A DNA stretch of 64,000 bases from Thermoanaerobaculia bacterium (GCA_035717485.1 DASTIQ010000044.1:3791-67790); one strand, 5' to 3'; counted from the stretch's first letter, positions 26,182-37,900 are shown. Numbers and translations are program-made. Notes: generated by a model not told the origin, from the sequence alone.

Positions 26182-27517
26182 CGATCACGCACTTTCCCCG
26201 CGCGAAGGAAACGCACGGAAGGATCCACCCCTCCCGCCGGTCGGCATCGTCCAGGTCCGCCTCCGCCTCGACGTCTCCTTCGACCAGGCGGGTCCGGCAC
26301 GTTCCGCAGATTCCCGAGCGGCACGAGAACTCGATCGCGACGCCGGCCCGCTCGGCGGCATCGAGGAGGGTCTCCGAGGCGGAGGCCGACGCGCGGCGGC
26401 CCGACCGCGCGAACACCACCTCGGATGCTTCTCTCGAGGAGGGCGCGAAGCCCCGGGAGCCTCCGGGCATCACCGGCTCGCGCGACGCCCACGCGACGGC
26501 CGCTTCGAACGCTTCCGCGTGGATGCGTTCGGCGGGGACGCCGATCGCTCCGAGGAGCTCCGTCATCGAGGCGATCATCGGAAGGGGCCCGCAAAGGCAC
26601 GCGACGGACTCCGCCGCTTCCGGCGCGACGCTGCGCACGAAGTTCTCGTCGATGCGGCCGGGAAATCTCCGCGGATCGCCCTCCCCCCGGGTGAGCGCGA
26701 CGACGATCCGCGTTCGCGGATGGAGACTCTCGATCCGGTCGAGCTCGCGGCGGAACGGGACGTCGGCTTCGGTTCGCGCGGAGAGGAGGAGGGTGACGGG
26801 CCGCTCCGGATCGGCTGCCACGGCATGCCGAATCATGCTCATGAGCGGCGTCGCGCCGACGCCCCCTCCGATCAGGAGAATCGGGCGGCGGTCCTTCGAG
26901 GGATACCGGAAATGCCCGCCCGGGCCGCGGATCTCGAGGGTCGATCCGGTTCGCAGCGTCTCGTGGAGAGCGGTCGAAACCACCCCCTGCCGTTTCACCG
27001 TGATCTCGAGATGGCCGCGAGATTCCGGCGCCGAGCTGATCGTGTAGCAGCGGACGAGAGGCTTCCCCCCCACCCGGACCCGGATGGAGAGGAACTGGCC
27101 GGCCGCGAACTCGAACCCGGGCGGGCGGGCGATGCGGAACGTGCGGATATCGGGCGTCTCGTCGAAAGCCGAGAGGACCGGCGTCGGCAGGAAGCCCGGC
27201 GCGGGCCTCCCGGGAATCACGGCGTTCGCCGGGGCCCCGGGTTCGCCCGTGGTCTTCGGCGTGCCGAGCTTCTCGCACGCAGCGAACCACGCGACGTGGA
27301 GAAGGAGTCCGAGAGCGAGCCCGGCGGGGCTCGGCAGGAGCCAGGGAGCGGCGACGAAGAGAAATGACGCGAAGAGAAGCGGCTTCGATCTGCTTCTTTC
27401 GCGGCGCAGGAGCGCGAGAGCGAGGTGGAGGGTCGTGACGAACGCGAGAGCGGACGAGGAGGCGGGAGAGACGAGGATCTCCCGGTACACCCCGATGTCA
27501 CCGCCCGCCATCGGCAT
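26174..27517 (-). CDS. membrane-anchored FAD/NAD(P)H oxidoreductase with C-terminal 2Fe-2S ferredoxin domain (FNR-like / phthalate-dioxygenase-reductase-type)
   Basis: GGAGGAAAAC then ATG at 27517. N-terminal TM helices, RCYTISS FAD motif, LLIGGGVGATP NAD motif, C-terminal CRSGICGTC...C plant-type ferredoxin motif. Confidence 0.7.
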   Translation of the reverse strand: MPMAGGDIGVYREILVSPASSSALAFVTTLHLALALLRRERSRSKPLLFASFLFVAAPWLLPSPAGLALGLLLHVAWFAACEKLGTPKTTGEPGAPANAVIPGRPAPGFLPTPVLSAFDETPDIRTFRIARPPGFEFAAGQFLSIRVRVGGKPLVRCYTISSAPESRGHLEITVKRQGVVSTALHETLRTGSTLEIRGPGGHFRYPSKDRRPILLIGGGVGATPLMSMIRHAVAADPERPVTLLLSARTEADVPFRRELDRIESLHPRTRIVVALTRGEGDPRRFPGRIDENFVRSVAPEAAESVACLCGPLPMIASMTELLGAIGVPAERIHAEAFEAAVAWASREPVMPGGSRGFAPSSREASEVVFARSGRRASASASETLLDAAERAGVAIEFSCRSGICGTCRTRLVEGDVEAEADLDDADRREGWILPCVSFARGKCVIDA

Positions 27518-27808
27518 CCGTTTTCCTCCCGGAAATCGAAAGCGGACTTACTTCGTCGCTGCCGAGGCGGCATCGATGGAGAAAACCCGCCTGACTCGGA
27601 AGTTACCCGGGAGAGAATTTCCGGAAAAGCGAAAAACGTTCCGCGAATCAAACGACGCAGCGGGGCCGCGTGGACCCCTTGGAGCACGGTCGATTCGATC
27701 GTTTCGATCGGTTCGGGCAGGTAGATTCGCGGGACGGAAGATGAATGCAGGATGAACGAGAGCCCGGCGAGGAGGAGCTCCGCATCCCCTCCCCGCCGGG
27801 TCGGAGAT

Positions 27809-28942
27809 TCAGCGCCGGCCGTGGACGATGGCGGCGCGGGCGGGCGCCGGCACCCCGGCGACGGCGGGGATCGCCCGGATCGAGCCGAAGAGCCCGTGGC
27901 TCTCGCCATCCGGGCCCGACGTGAAGAAAAGGAGGTTGGTGCTTCCGCCGGAGCCCCCGTTGCCGAACCGCAGTCCCCACAGCCCGTCGATCACGAGAGG
28001 CTGGCCGCTCGGGAGGAGCATCTGTCCGAGGAAGTCGCCCGTCGACGGGTCGAAGGCGTTGATCCGGCCGTCGCCGAAGTTGCCGACGAGGATGGCTCCC
28101 GCGAACGCCCCGAAGTTTCCGGGCGCGAGCACCATTCCCCAGGGAGAGTTGAGCGCGCCCTGGGCGGCGAACTGCCGGATCAGGGTGCCGCTCGTGTCGA
28201 ATTCGTCGACGTAGCCGTTGCCCGCCCCCGCGACGTCGTCGTGCGCGTCGGCGTCCTGTTTGGCGAAGGAGACGTAGAGATTCCCGCCGATGTTCGCGAT
28301 TCCGAACGGGGCGAAGCCGAGGGCGGTGAGACTCGAATCGGTGAACGTCGTCGTGGGCGTGAACGTCGAATCGAACACCTGGACGAAGCCGTCGTGGAAG
28401 TCGGTCGCGTAGAGGAAGTTCCCCGAGCCGGTGCTGCCGAGCGCGAGGCCTTTGAACACGGCTCCGCTCGCCGAGAGATCGGCGGAGGCCGGAAGGATCG
28501 CGTGGGTCGCATCGACGCTCGGGTTCCAGCCGGAAATCGTCCCGTCCTCTCCGGCGAAGATGAACACCGCGGAACCGCTCACGGAGTTCTCCGTCACCAT
28601 GAACTGGCCGGTCGCGTTGAAGACGAGTCCCGTCGGAACGGCGCCTTCGGTGTTGGCCGCCCCGGCGGGGATCGTCACGACGAGCGGAAGGGGAGTCCCG
28701 TTTCCGTGATAGATGGTCGACGTTCCCGAACCGTTGTTGGCGATCCAGATCGGTCCGCTTCCGCTCGAGGCGATGCCCCAGGCGTTCACGAGATTCGGAT
28801 CCGTGAAGGCCGCCAGGCCCGGCTCGTCGGAGACGAGGTTGTGGGGAATGTAGCGCTGCGCCGACGCGGGGATCGCCGCGAGCGCGAGCAGCGCGGCGGC
28901 GGCGCCGCGGGTCATGAAAGAGACGACTCGGGTTTTCGTCAT
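27809..28942 (-). CDS. secreted beta-propeller repeat protein (function unknown)
   Basis: GGAGGA then ATG 28942, signal peptide MTKTRVVSFMTRGAAAALLALAAIPASA. Gly/Asn/Thr-rich repeats. The track ORF 27809..28999 has a slightly extended start. Confidence 0.55.
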   Translation of the reverse strand: MTKTRVVSFMTRGAAAALLALAAIPASAQRYIPHNLVSDEPGLAAFTDPNLVNAWGIASSGSGPIWIANNGSGTSTIYHGNGTPLPLVVTIPAGAANTEGAVPTGLVFNATGQFMVTENSVSGSAVFIFAGEDGTISGWNPSVDATHAILPASADLSASGAVFKGLALGSTGSGNFLYATDFHDGFVQVFDSTFTPTTTFTDSSLTALGFAPFGIANIGGNLYVSFAKQDADAHDDVAGAGNGYVDEFDTSGTLIRQFAAQGALNSPWGMVLAPGNFGAFAGAILVGNFGDGRINAFDPSTGDFLGQMLLPSGQPLVIDGLWGLRFGNGGSGGSTNLLFFTSGPDGESHGLFGSIRAIPAVAGVPAPARAAIVHGRR

Positions 28943-29060
28943 TTTTCCTCCTTCCGGGGAGATTCCCGGTTGACGATTTCCGGCGGCCGGGGCGTGCAAC
29001 GGGAATGCCTCGCGGGCGGTTTCTCAAGGCGGTTTAATGAAAACGGAATAGATTTCCGCG

Positions 29061-30296
29061 ATGCATCCCGCTTCGGCGATCGATCTCGTGCCCTTCGGCG
29101 CGGCCCTCGTTTCGCTGGCAGTTCTGCCCGCCGCTCTCCCGCATCTCTGGGAAACGCGGATCTTCCGTCTCGCCTGGGCGCTCGCTCTCGCCGTGCCGGC
29201 GGTCGCGATGGCCGCGGCGCGGGGGGCGTGGAGCTCGATCGTCCACGCCGGCGGGGAATACGTCGACCTCGTGGCGCTGCTCGGCGCTCTTTTCATGATT
29301 TCCGGCGGGATCGCGCTCGCGGGCCGCCTCGAGGGCACGCCCCTCGTCAACACGGGGCTGCTGGCGATCGGAGCGGTCCTCGCGTCATTCCTCGGAACGC
29401 CCGGCGCCGCGACGCTGATGATTCGGCCCTATCTCCACGCGAACCGCCGGCGGGTCGGTGTCGCGCACGGCGTCATCTTCCTGATCGTGCTCGCCGGGAA
29501 CATCGGCGGCCTGCTCCTGCCGATCGGGGATCCTCCCCTCTATCTCGGCTATCTCTCCGGCGTGCCGTTCTTCTGGACGCTCACGCTCTGGCGGGAATGG
29601 CTCTTCCTGACGTCGGCCCTCCTGCTCGTGTTCTTCTTCTGGGATCTCCGGCTCTTTCGGCGGGAAGGTTTCGTCGGCGAAGACGAGACGCGCACGCTGG
29701 CGAGGATCAGGATCCACGGGCTCGTGAACGTGCCGATCCTCGTCGCCGCGCTCGCGTCGGCCGCGCTCCTCCGCGGCGCCCTTCGCCCCGTCGCGCTCGC
29801 GGCGTGCGCCGCGCTCTCCTGGTGGGCGACGCCGAAGGAGGTGCGGCAGCGGAACCGGTTCACGTTCGAGCCGGTCGAGGAGATCGCGGTGATCTTCTTC
29901 GCGATCTTCGGGACGATCGCTCCGGCGCTCGCGTTCCTCGCCCGCCATCCCCTGCCGCTGTCGACGCCGCGCGCATTCTTCTGGGCGACGGGCGGATTCT
30001 CGGCGATCCTCGACAACGCTCCGACGTACCTCTCGGCGGTCGAGTCGGCACGGCGGCTCGCGCCCGTGCCGGGAATCGCGATGGTCGCCGGCCTTCGGGA
30101 GGATTTCCTGCGCGCGATCTCGCTCGGCGCGGTGGCGTTTGGCGCGCTCACCTACATCGGCAACGGCCCGAATCTCCTCGTCCGCTCGATCGCTTCGGCG
30201 CGAGGGGTGAAGATGCCGGGGTTCTTCGGATTCACGGCCGTCGCCGCCGTGATCCTCCTGCCGCTCTTCGCGGTCGTGACGATCGTCTTCCTGTAG
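29061..30296 (+). CDS. anion permease of the ArsB/NhaD/citrate-transporter superfamily
   Basis: 411 aa, about 10-12 hydrophobic helices, Pro/Gly-rich loops typical of the family (GNGPNLLV, LLLPIGDPPLYLGY). Confidence 0.55.
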   Translation: MHPASAIDLVPFGAALVSLAVLPAALPHLWETRIFRLAWALALAVPAVAMAAARGAWSSIVHAGGEYVDLVALLGALFMISGGIALAGRLEGTPLVNTGLLAIGAVLASFLGTPGAATLMIRPYLHANRRRVGVAHGVIFLIVLAGNIGGLLLPIGDPPLYLGYLSGVPFFWTLTLWREWLFLTSALLLVFFFWDLRLFRREGFVGEDETRTLARIRIHGLVNVPILVAALASAALLRGALRPVALAACAALSWWATPKEVRQRNRFTFEPVEEIAVIFFAIFGTIAPALAFLARHPLPLSTPRAFFWATGGFSAILDNAPTYLSAVESARRLAPVPGIAMVAGLREDFLRAISLGAVAFGALTYIGNGPNLLVRSIASARGVKMPGFFGFTAVAAVILLPLFAVVTIVFL

Positions 30297-30343
30297 GCGA
30301 GTCGCGAGCCGGAGAGTCTCGAGTCGCGGGTCGGGACCGGGCT

Positions 30344-31402
30344 CTAGGCGCGCGCGACGTTGCGCGCGACGGCGTCGCCGGCGGCCGAGGTCGTGAGCGT
30401 CCCGCCGACGTCGCTCGTGCACTCGCGGGATTCGAGGCAGGCGACGACCGCGCTCTCGACCGACCGCGCCGCCTCCGCGAGCCCGAGGTGCTCGAGCATC
30501 AGGGCGGCCGTCAGGATCGCGCCGAAGGGATTCGCCTTGCCGGTTCCCGCGTACTTCGGTGCGGAGCCGTGAACCGGCTCGAACATCGAAATCCGTCCGG
30601 GGTGGATGTTCCCGGACGCCGCCATTCCGAGGCCGCCCTGCAGCGCGGCGCCGAGGTCGGTCGTGATGTCCCCGAACATGTTGTTCGTGACGATCACCTC
30701 GAACTGCCCCGGGTCCTTGACCATCTGCATCACGAGAGCGTCGACGTAGAGATGCGACGGCGCGATTCCCGGAAATTCCGCGGCGACCTCGCGGAACGTC
30801 CGCTGCCAGAGGTCGCCGACGAAGCGCATCGCGTTCGATTTGTCCGACATGCAGACCTTCGTCCGGCCGTGCGCCTTCGCGTATTCGAACGCGTGGCGGA
30901 CGATGCGCTCGACCCCCTTGCGCGTCGAGACGTCTTCCTGGAGTGCGACCTCGTCGGGCGTGCCCTTCTTGAAATTGCCTCCGGTTCCCGCGTACGAGCC
31001 TTCGGTGTTCTCGCGGAAGATCACGAAGTCGATCGCGGTGGCGGGGACGTTCTTGAGCGGGTTCAGGCGCTCGGCGAGGCAGCGCACGGGGCGGTAGTTC
31101 ACGTAGAGGTCGAGCACGAAACGGGCGCCGAGGAGGATGTCGCGGGCGTGCGCCATGTCGGGGACGCGCGGGTCGCCGAAGGCCCCCATGAAGATCGCGT
31201 CGTAGTTCTCACGGAGGTCGTCGAACGCGCCCTTGGGCAGCGATTCTCCCGTCTCGAGATAGTGGTCCGCGCTCCACGGGAAGAAAACCTTCTCGAACGA
31301 CGCCGTCCCGGGGGGAAGCGCGTCGAGCACCTTCACCGCCTCGCGGGTGACGTCGACTCCGATCCCGTCGCCGGGGACGATCGCGAGCCGGAAATTCCTC
31401 AT
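30344..31402 (-). CDS. isocitrate/isopropylmalate dehydrogenase family enzyme (LeuB or tartrate-dehydrogenase-like)
   Basis: 352 aa. LAIVPGDGIGVDV N-terminus, NMFGDITTDLGAALQGGLGMAASGN, ENTEGSY motifs. Confidence 0.8.
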   Translation of the reverse strand: MRNFRLAIVPGDGIGVDVTREAVKVLDALPPGTASFEKVFFPWSADHYLETGESLPKGAFDDLRENYDAIFMGAFGDPRVPDMAHARDILLGARFVLDLYVNYRPVRCLAERLNPLKNVPATAIDFVIFRENTEGSYAGTGGNFKKGTPDEVALQEDVSTRKGVERIVRHAFEYAKAHGRTKVCMSDKSNAMRFVGDLWQRTFREVAAEFPGIAPSHLYVDALVMQMVKDPGQFEVIVTNNMFGDITTDLGAALQGGLGMAASGNIHPGRISMFEPVHGSAPKYAGTGKANPFGAILTAALMLEHLGLAEAARSVESAVVACLESRECTSDVGGTLTTSAAGDAVARNVARA

Positions 31403-31421
31403 GGGCGCGCGGAGGATACCA

Positions 31422-31865
31422 TCAGGCCTTGCGCGCCTGGCGCTCGGCGCGGATCTTCCTCTGGTAGTCCCGCATTCCCGCGGCGCGCTCCTGTCCGCCC
31501 GGCGTTTCGCGGACGAAGCGCTCGACGTTGGCGAGGAAGCCGTGGTTGCCGGTCATGTCGCGGAAGCCCGGCACCCATTCCCCGACCTTCGCCCAGAGGA
31601 AGAACGCCTCGCCGCCCGCCTCGACGAACAGGCCGCGGTGGATCACGCCCAGGTTGACCATCGACGTCGCGATGTCCCAGTATCCCGCGACCATCCGCAG
31701 GTAGTTGTCGGAAGACATGTAGGCGTCGTACAGCTCCTTCGCGGAGTCGGGGTAGAAGCTCCCCATCCAGCCGCGGGCCTCGCGGAGCTTCGCTTCGCGG
31801 CGCAGGTCGAACAGCCGGAGCACGAGCTCCGCGTCGTGGTGGTTCGGGGCGCGGTCGTCGGACAT
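31422..31865 (-). CDS. conserved hypothetical cytoplasmic protein
   Basis: 147-aa ORF with normal composition and a plausible start. No recognisable motif. Confidence 0.4.
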   Translation of the reverse strand: MSDDRAPNHHDAELVLRLFDLRREAKLREARGWMGSFYPDSAKELYDAYMSSDNYLRMVAGYWDIATSMVNLGVIHRGLFVEAGGEAFFLWAKVGEWVPGFRDMTGNHGFLANVERFVRETPGGQERAAGMRDYQRKIRAERQARKA

Positions 31866-31920
31866 GGTTCCTCCCTCTTCTCGGGTCGGATCGTATCGAA
31901 TCCGTTTTCGCGGCGCTCGG

Positions 31921-34900
31921 TCAGTCCCCCAGGACGACCCTCACGTCGTGGCGCTTTCCGTCGCCGTGGCGCGGAATCGACCGGTCGGCCGAGGGCGCGC
32001 CGTCCACGACGACTTCCCGCACGCCGCGGCACGCACCGCGCGGGTTCTCGACCGTGATCGCGTAGAGCGTCTCGTTGCCGTCGCGGAGCTGGATCTCGAA
32101 GCGCGGCCAGCGCCGCGGAATGCACGGATCCACGCGGAAACGGGAGCCTTCGAGCCGCAGGCCGAGGATCGACTCGGTCGCCGCGCGATAGAGCCACCCG
32201 GCCGAACCCGTGTACCAGGTCCAGCCGCCGCGCCCCGTGAGCGGCTCGACCGAATAGACGTCGCCGGCGGTCACGTACGGCTCGACCTTGTAGCGGTGAA
32301 GGCCCGCGCGGGTGCTGGTCGGCGCGATCGGGTTGACGAGCGCGAGGAGCTCGCCGGCGAGGTCACCCTGACCGAGCTCGGCGAACGCCATGATCGTCCA
32401 GGCCGCCGCGTGCGTGTACTGGCCGCCGTTCTCGCGGATCCCGGGGAGATACCCCTTGATGTAGCCCGGGTCCCTCGGCGTCGTATTGAACGGAGGGGTG
32501 AAGAGGAGGATCAGCCCGTCCTCGCGGCGGACGAGATACTGCTCCACGGCGACCATCGCGCGCTCGACGCGGACGCGGTCGCCCGCGCCGGAGAGCGCCG
32601 CCCACGTCTGGGCGAGCGAATCGATCCGGCATTCGGCGTCGCGCGCGGAGCCGAGCGGCGTCCCGTCGTCGTAGAAGGCGCGGACGTACCAGTCCCCGTC
32701 CCACGCGTGCTCTTCGATCGCGGACTTCAGCGCGCCGGCCTGCCCGCGATAACGCGTCGTGCGCTCTCCGTCGCCGCGCCGCTCGGCGACGGCCGCGAAC
32801 CGGCTGAGCGTGGCGTGGAGGAACCAGCCGAGCCAGACGCTCTCTCCCTTCCCCTCGAATCCGACGCGATTGAACCCGTCGTTCCAGTCTCCCGAGCCGA
32901 TCAGCGGAAGGCCGTGGGAGCCGACGGCCGCCGAGCGGTCGAGAGCGCGCACGCAGTGCGCATAGACGCTCTCCCGGAGGTCCGATTCCTTCGGCTCCTG
33001 GTACGACTCGACCTCGCCCTCCGCCAGCACCGGCCCCTCGATGTAGGGAACGGATTCGTCCAGGAGCCCCTCGTCTCCGGTCGCGTCGACGTAGCTCGCG
33101 ACCGCATAGGGGAGCCAGAGATAGTCGTCGGAACATCGCGTCCGGACACCGCGGCCGCTCGGCGGATGCCACCAGTGCTGGACGTCGCCTTCGAGGAACT
33201 GATGAGAGGCGAACCGGGGAATCAGCCGCCGCGCGATTTCCGGCGCGAGCGAGGCCACGCCGAGCGCGTCCTGGATCTGGTCGCGGAATCCGAAGGCGCC
33301 GCTCGATTGATAGAACGCCGTCCGCCCGCGAATCCGGCACGAAATCGCCTGGTAGGGGAGCCAGCGATTGACGAGGAGGTCGAGAGCGGGATCCGGGGTC
33401 CGGACGACGATTCCGCCGAGGAGGCGATCCCAGGAGCGGCGGGCCTGCTCCAGCGCGCCTTCGACGGACGCCGGGTCCCGGAAACGTTCGATCAGGGCGG
33501 ATGCCCGCTCGCGATCGCCGGCCTGGCCGAGGAGGAACACGATCTCGCGCGTCTCGCCGGGAAGGAGCGGGAACGAGGCCAGGTGCGCGGCGCACGGATC
33601 GAGCCCCGCTCCCGCGCGTCCGAGGAGCGTCGTCCGTCGAAGCGCCGCCGGGTCGGAAACGTGTCCGTTCCGGCCGAGGAACTCGCGCCGGTCCGCCGTC
33701 GCGGCGAGGCGCGCGCCGGGAGCGTGGACCGCCGAGAACGCGACGCGCGATCCGAACTCGGCGTTGTAGGGATTGCGCGCGAAGATCGCTCCTCCGGCCG
33801 GGTCGCTCTGCGTGATCACGAACCGCGCGGTGGACCGGTCGACGCCGAGGACCCATTCGGCGTAGTGCGCGGCCGACAGTCGCCGGGCCGCCGTGCCGTG
33901 GTTCGTCAGCCGCAGGCGCGTGATCTTGACGGCGCCCTCTTCGGGAACGAACGTCGTGACCTCCGCGGCGATGGCGCCCCGGCGATGTTCGAAGACGGTG
34001 TATCCCTGCCCGTGGCGGCACACGCACGGTTCGGGTCCGCGGATCGGGAGGGCGGTCGGCGACCAGAGATCCGCCGTTTCGTCGTCCCGGAGATAGATCG
34101 CCTCCCCCGAAGGGTCGGAGACCGGATCGTTCGACCACGGCGTGAGCCGGTTCTCCTGGCTGTTCTCCGACCACGTGCAGGCGGAGCCCGATTCGCTCAC
34201 GAAGAAGCCGAACTCGTCGTTGGCGACGACGTTGACCCACGGCGCCGGCGTGTACTGCCGCTCGGCGAGGCTGACGACGTATTCCCGCCCGTCCGGCGTG
34301 AACCCGCCGATTCCGTTCCCGAAGAGGAGACGGCGCGGCTCGGGAGGAGGTCCCGCGGGTCGCGCCGCGGCCGCGGTCGAGGCCGTGAGCGGCGCCGGCC
34401 AGGATTCGAGAGCGGGGGGACGCTCGATCTGTTCGGCGAGCGTCCCGCGCTCACCGACGAGGACCGCGCGCGCCGCCGTCTGCAGGAGAGTCGCGTCCTC
34501 CTCGGAGATCTGGTCCCCCCTCCGGACGAAGACCCCTCCCGGCTTGTCGACGAGGGCCTGCGAGGGCGACGCGCCGATCAGCCGCTGGATCTGTTCCTGG
34601 ACGGGCTGGAAGTACCCGGACGGGTCGTCGTTGACGATCACGAGGTCGACCGAGAGACCCTTCAGGCGCCAGTACTCGTGCGCGCGGATCAGCTGACGCG
34701 CGAGTTCCGTCTCGTCCGCGCTTCCGATCCGGAGGAGGACGATCGGCAGGTCTCCGGAGATCCCGTGGCCCCACAGGTTCCGCTGCGATCCGGCGTTTCG
34801 CGACAGGACCTCCGGCGGCGGGCGCAGGCTCGGGTCGTCGTAGACGATGCGGGTCGCGAGCCGCTGGAAGAGCTGCGCCTCGTCGGCCGTGACGTCGAGG

Positions 34901-37900
34901 TGGCGGAGAAGGACCTGCGACCGCATCCAGGCGAGGGACGCCTCCCGGTCGAAGAGCCGCGGGTCCTGGAAGCGCTCCGCGAGCGCGACGGCCGCTTCGC
35001 GGCTGTCGGCGACGCCCGTCGAAAAGAGGAGGCGCGCGGTCTCGCCGGGCGCGATCCGCACGCGCTGCCGCAGCGAGAAGATCGGATCGAGCACCGCGCC
35101 GGTCGTGTTGGAGAGCGGCCGGTCTTCCACGAGCACGGCCGGCGCGCGCGGCGACCGTCCTCGGCCCAGGAACCGGGCCCGGTCGGTCTCGTACTGCACC
35201 GCGCCGAGCGTGGCGCCGCGGACGGCGAGGACGTGGACCGCCCAGACCGGCGCCTCCTCCGCCGAGCGCGGACGACGGCGGGCGAGAAGGGCGTTGCCGA
35301 TCCATTCGGTTTCGACGAAGAGCTTCGAGAAGGCCGGATGCGAGACGTCCGCCGCCCTCGCGCCGAGGACGATCTCGGCGTAGCTCGTCACCTCGATGTC
35401 GCGCGCATCGCGGGCGCGCGGGGACGTGTTGGCGAGCGTGACGCGGCGGATCTCGGCGTCGTCCTGCGACGAGACGATGACCTCCATCGTCGTGTCGATT
35501 CCCTCGTCGGATCGGGAGATCTCGACCTTGTGTTCCGAGAATCGCGCCTCGAAACGCTTCGGCGGCCGCACGGTCGGCTGGTAGCCGGCCGACCAGTTGA
35601 CGCCGCTCCGGACGTCCCGCAGATAGATCCACGATCCCCACGAATCGGTCGTCGCGTCGTCCCGCCAGCGGGTCACGGCGAGGTTTCCGCGCCGGCTCTC
35701 TCCGGCTCCGGCCGCGGTCATCAGGACGGAATAGCTGCCGTTCGAGAGGATCTGGGTGCGCGGCGTCGGAGTGTCGGGCGTCTCGAACCGCCGGAACGGG
35801 ATGGTCGCCTCTTCCCGGACGACGCGGCCCGCCGCGACCTGGGCCACGATCGCACCGGCCAGCGCGGCGGTGTTGCGCGGGATCCGTTCCTGCAGCAGGA
35901 GCTCGGTCGCCTGGACGGAGGGGTCGGCGTGGAACCGCTCCCGCATCACGTCGCGGTTGAGGTAGTTGTCGAGCGCGAGAAGGATCATCCCCTGGTGGTG
36001 CGCCATCGACGCCTTGATCACCGCTCGGCCCGCGTCCGGCGGCAGGCGCCTCTCGGTGTAGTCCACGGACTCCCAGAAGCCGAACGGACCGCGCGCGCCC
36101 TCGGCCGCGAGCCGCCGCAGATTCTCCGCGGCGCCCGAAGGGTCGGCGAGGAGGGCGAGGAAGGTCGAGTAGGGGGAGACGACGAGCTCGTCGGGAGAGG
36201 TGCGCCGCAGGCCGAGCTCCGGCACGCCGAACGGTCCGTACTGGTAGTTCAGGTGCAGATCGCGGGCGTTGTACGCCGATTCGGAGACCCCCCACGGAAC
36301 GCCCCGCGCGCGCCCGTACTGCATCTGCGCGGCGACGGCGTTCCGGCAGGTCGACGCCAGGAGCGTCCCCGGATAAGAACGGAGCAGGAGGAGGGGCATG
36401 AGGTACTCGAACATGCTCCCCGACCAGGAGAGGAGGAGCGGCTTTCCGGCGGCGACCGTGAAAGGCCGCTGGAGGCGGAACCAGTGCTCCGTCGGCGCGT
36501 CTCCCTTCGCGATCGCGAGGAAGCTCGTCAGGCGGGCCTCCGACACGAGGAGGTCGTAGTACGAACGGTCGAGGCGGCCGAGCGCCGGATTGAAGCCGAT
36601 CGAGAAGACCTTGCGGTCCGGATCGAAGAGGAACCCGAAATCCATTTCGCGGACGAGCGATTCGGCGCGCTGCGCGATCGCCAGGAGCCGTTCCGCCCGG
36701 GACGGGGGCGGATCTGCCGCGGGCGCGACGGCTCCCGCCGCCGATGCCGGGACGGCCGCCGCGGGCGGATCGCCCGGGAGGCCGCGCCCGAGCGAATCGA
36801 CCTGCGCGAGGAGATCGGCGAGCCAGCCCCTCAGGTCGGCGATCTCGAGCTCGCGGTGCTCCGCCGCGAGGGCGGAGAGCCCGTCGGCGATCTCGGCGGC
36901 GAGGCGCGCCATTTCGCGGAGACACTTTTCCTCGTCCCGCTCGGCCAGGGCCGTCTCCGAGAGCATCCGAATCTGCTCGCGGAGCTGGTGCACCGGGACC
37001 GCCTCGGTCCGGACGCCCGACGGCGGGACCTTTTCGAACTCGCGGGCGACGATCCGCGCGACGTCCGCGAGGCCGTCGCGCCAGGCGTCGCTCTCGCCGC
37101 CGGATGCCGCGAGCGCCTTCGCCCCTTCTTCGAGAGCGACGAGGCATGCCGCGAGATTCCCGCTGTCCACCGACGAGACGTAGAGCGGGTGGAGGGGCGT
37201 CAGCGTCAGCGTGTCGTACCAGTTGTAGAAGTGGCCGCGGTGGCGGGGGAGCCGCTCGAGCGAGCCGAGGGTGCGCTCGAGGCGGCCGATCGCGTCGTCC
37301 GTCCCGACGTAGCCGAAATCGTGAGCGGCGAGCACGGCCAGGAGCGAGAGTCCGACGTTCGTCGGGGACGTCCGGTGCGCGACGGGCGGATCGCGGTCTT
37401 CCTGGTAGTTGTCCGGCGGGAGGCCGTTCTCGGCGGCGCCGCAGAACCGGTCGAAGTATCGCCACGTCTGCCGGGCGATCTCGCGGAATTCCCGCCGCTC
37501 GGCGTCGGAGATCTCCGGCCGCGCTTCGGGGATCGGGCGGGAGAGCTGGGCCGCGAGCGCCGGGGCGACGACCCAGAGCAGGAGGAAGGGAGAGGCGGCG
37601 ACGAGGCTTCCCGGAGCGAACGCCGCGGTCGCCGCGGCGAGGACGATCGTGAGCGTCCAACCCGCCCCCATGCGCCGGAAGTAGGCGGGCACCGAGTCGG
37701 CCCGGTTCTTCTCGGCGGCGGCGGCGGTGGTCCAGTCGAGGAGGCCCCGGTGCGACACGAACTGCCGCCAGGTGGCGCGGAGAGCCGCGTCGAGCGACAC
37801 GATCGCCAGATGCGGGAGGAAGGCGACGCGGAGCGCGAACTGCGCGCAGTTGTCCATCGCGTCTCCCCAGACGCTCCAGAAATGGCTCGTCCAGGGAATG

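Noticed and set aside
25755-27290. ORFs 25755..27290 (minus, 511 aa), 26045..27367 (plus) and 25111..26694 (plus)
   Set aside because: Shadow frames over the reductase and His-membrane protein genes.
27648-31657. ORFs 27752..31657 (plus, 1301 aa), 27648..29027 (minus) and 29385..30422 (minus)
   Set aside because: Arg/Asp-rich shadows spanning several real genes in different orientations.
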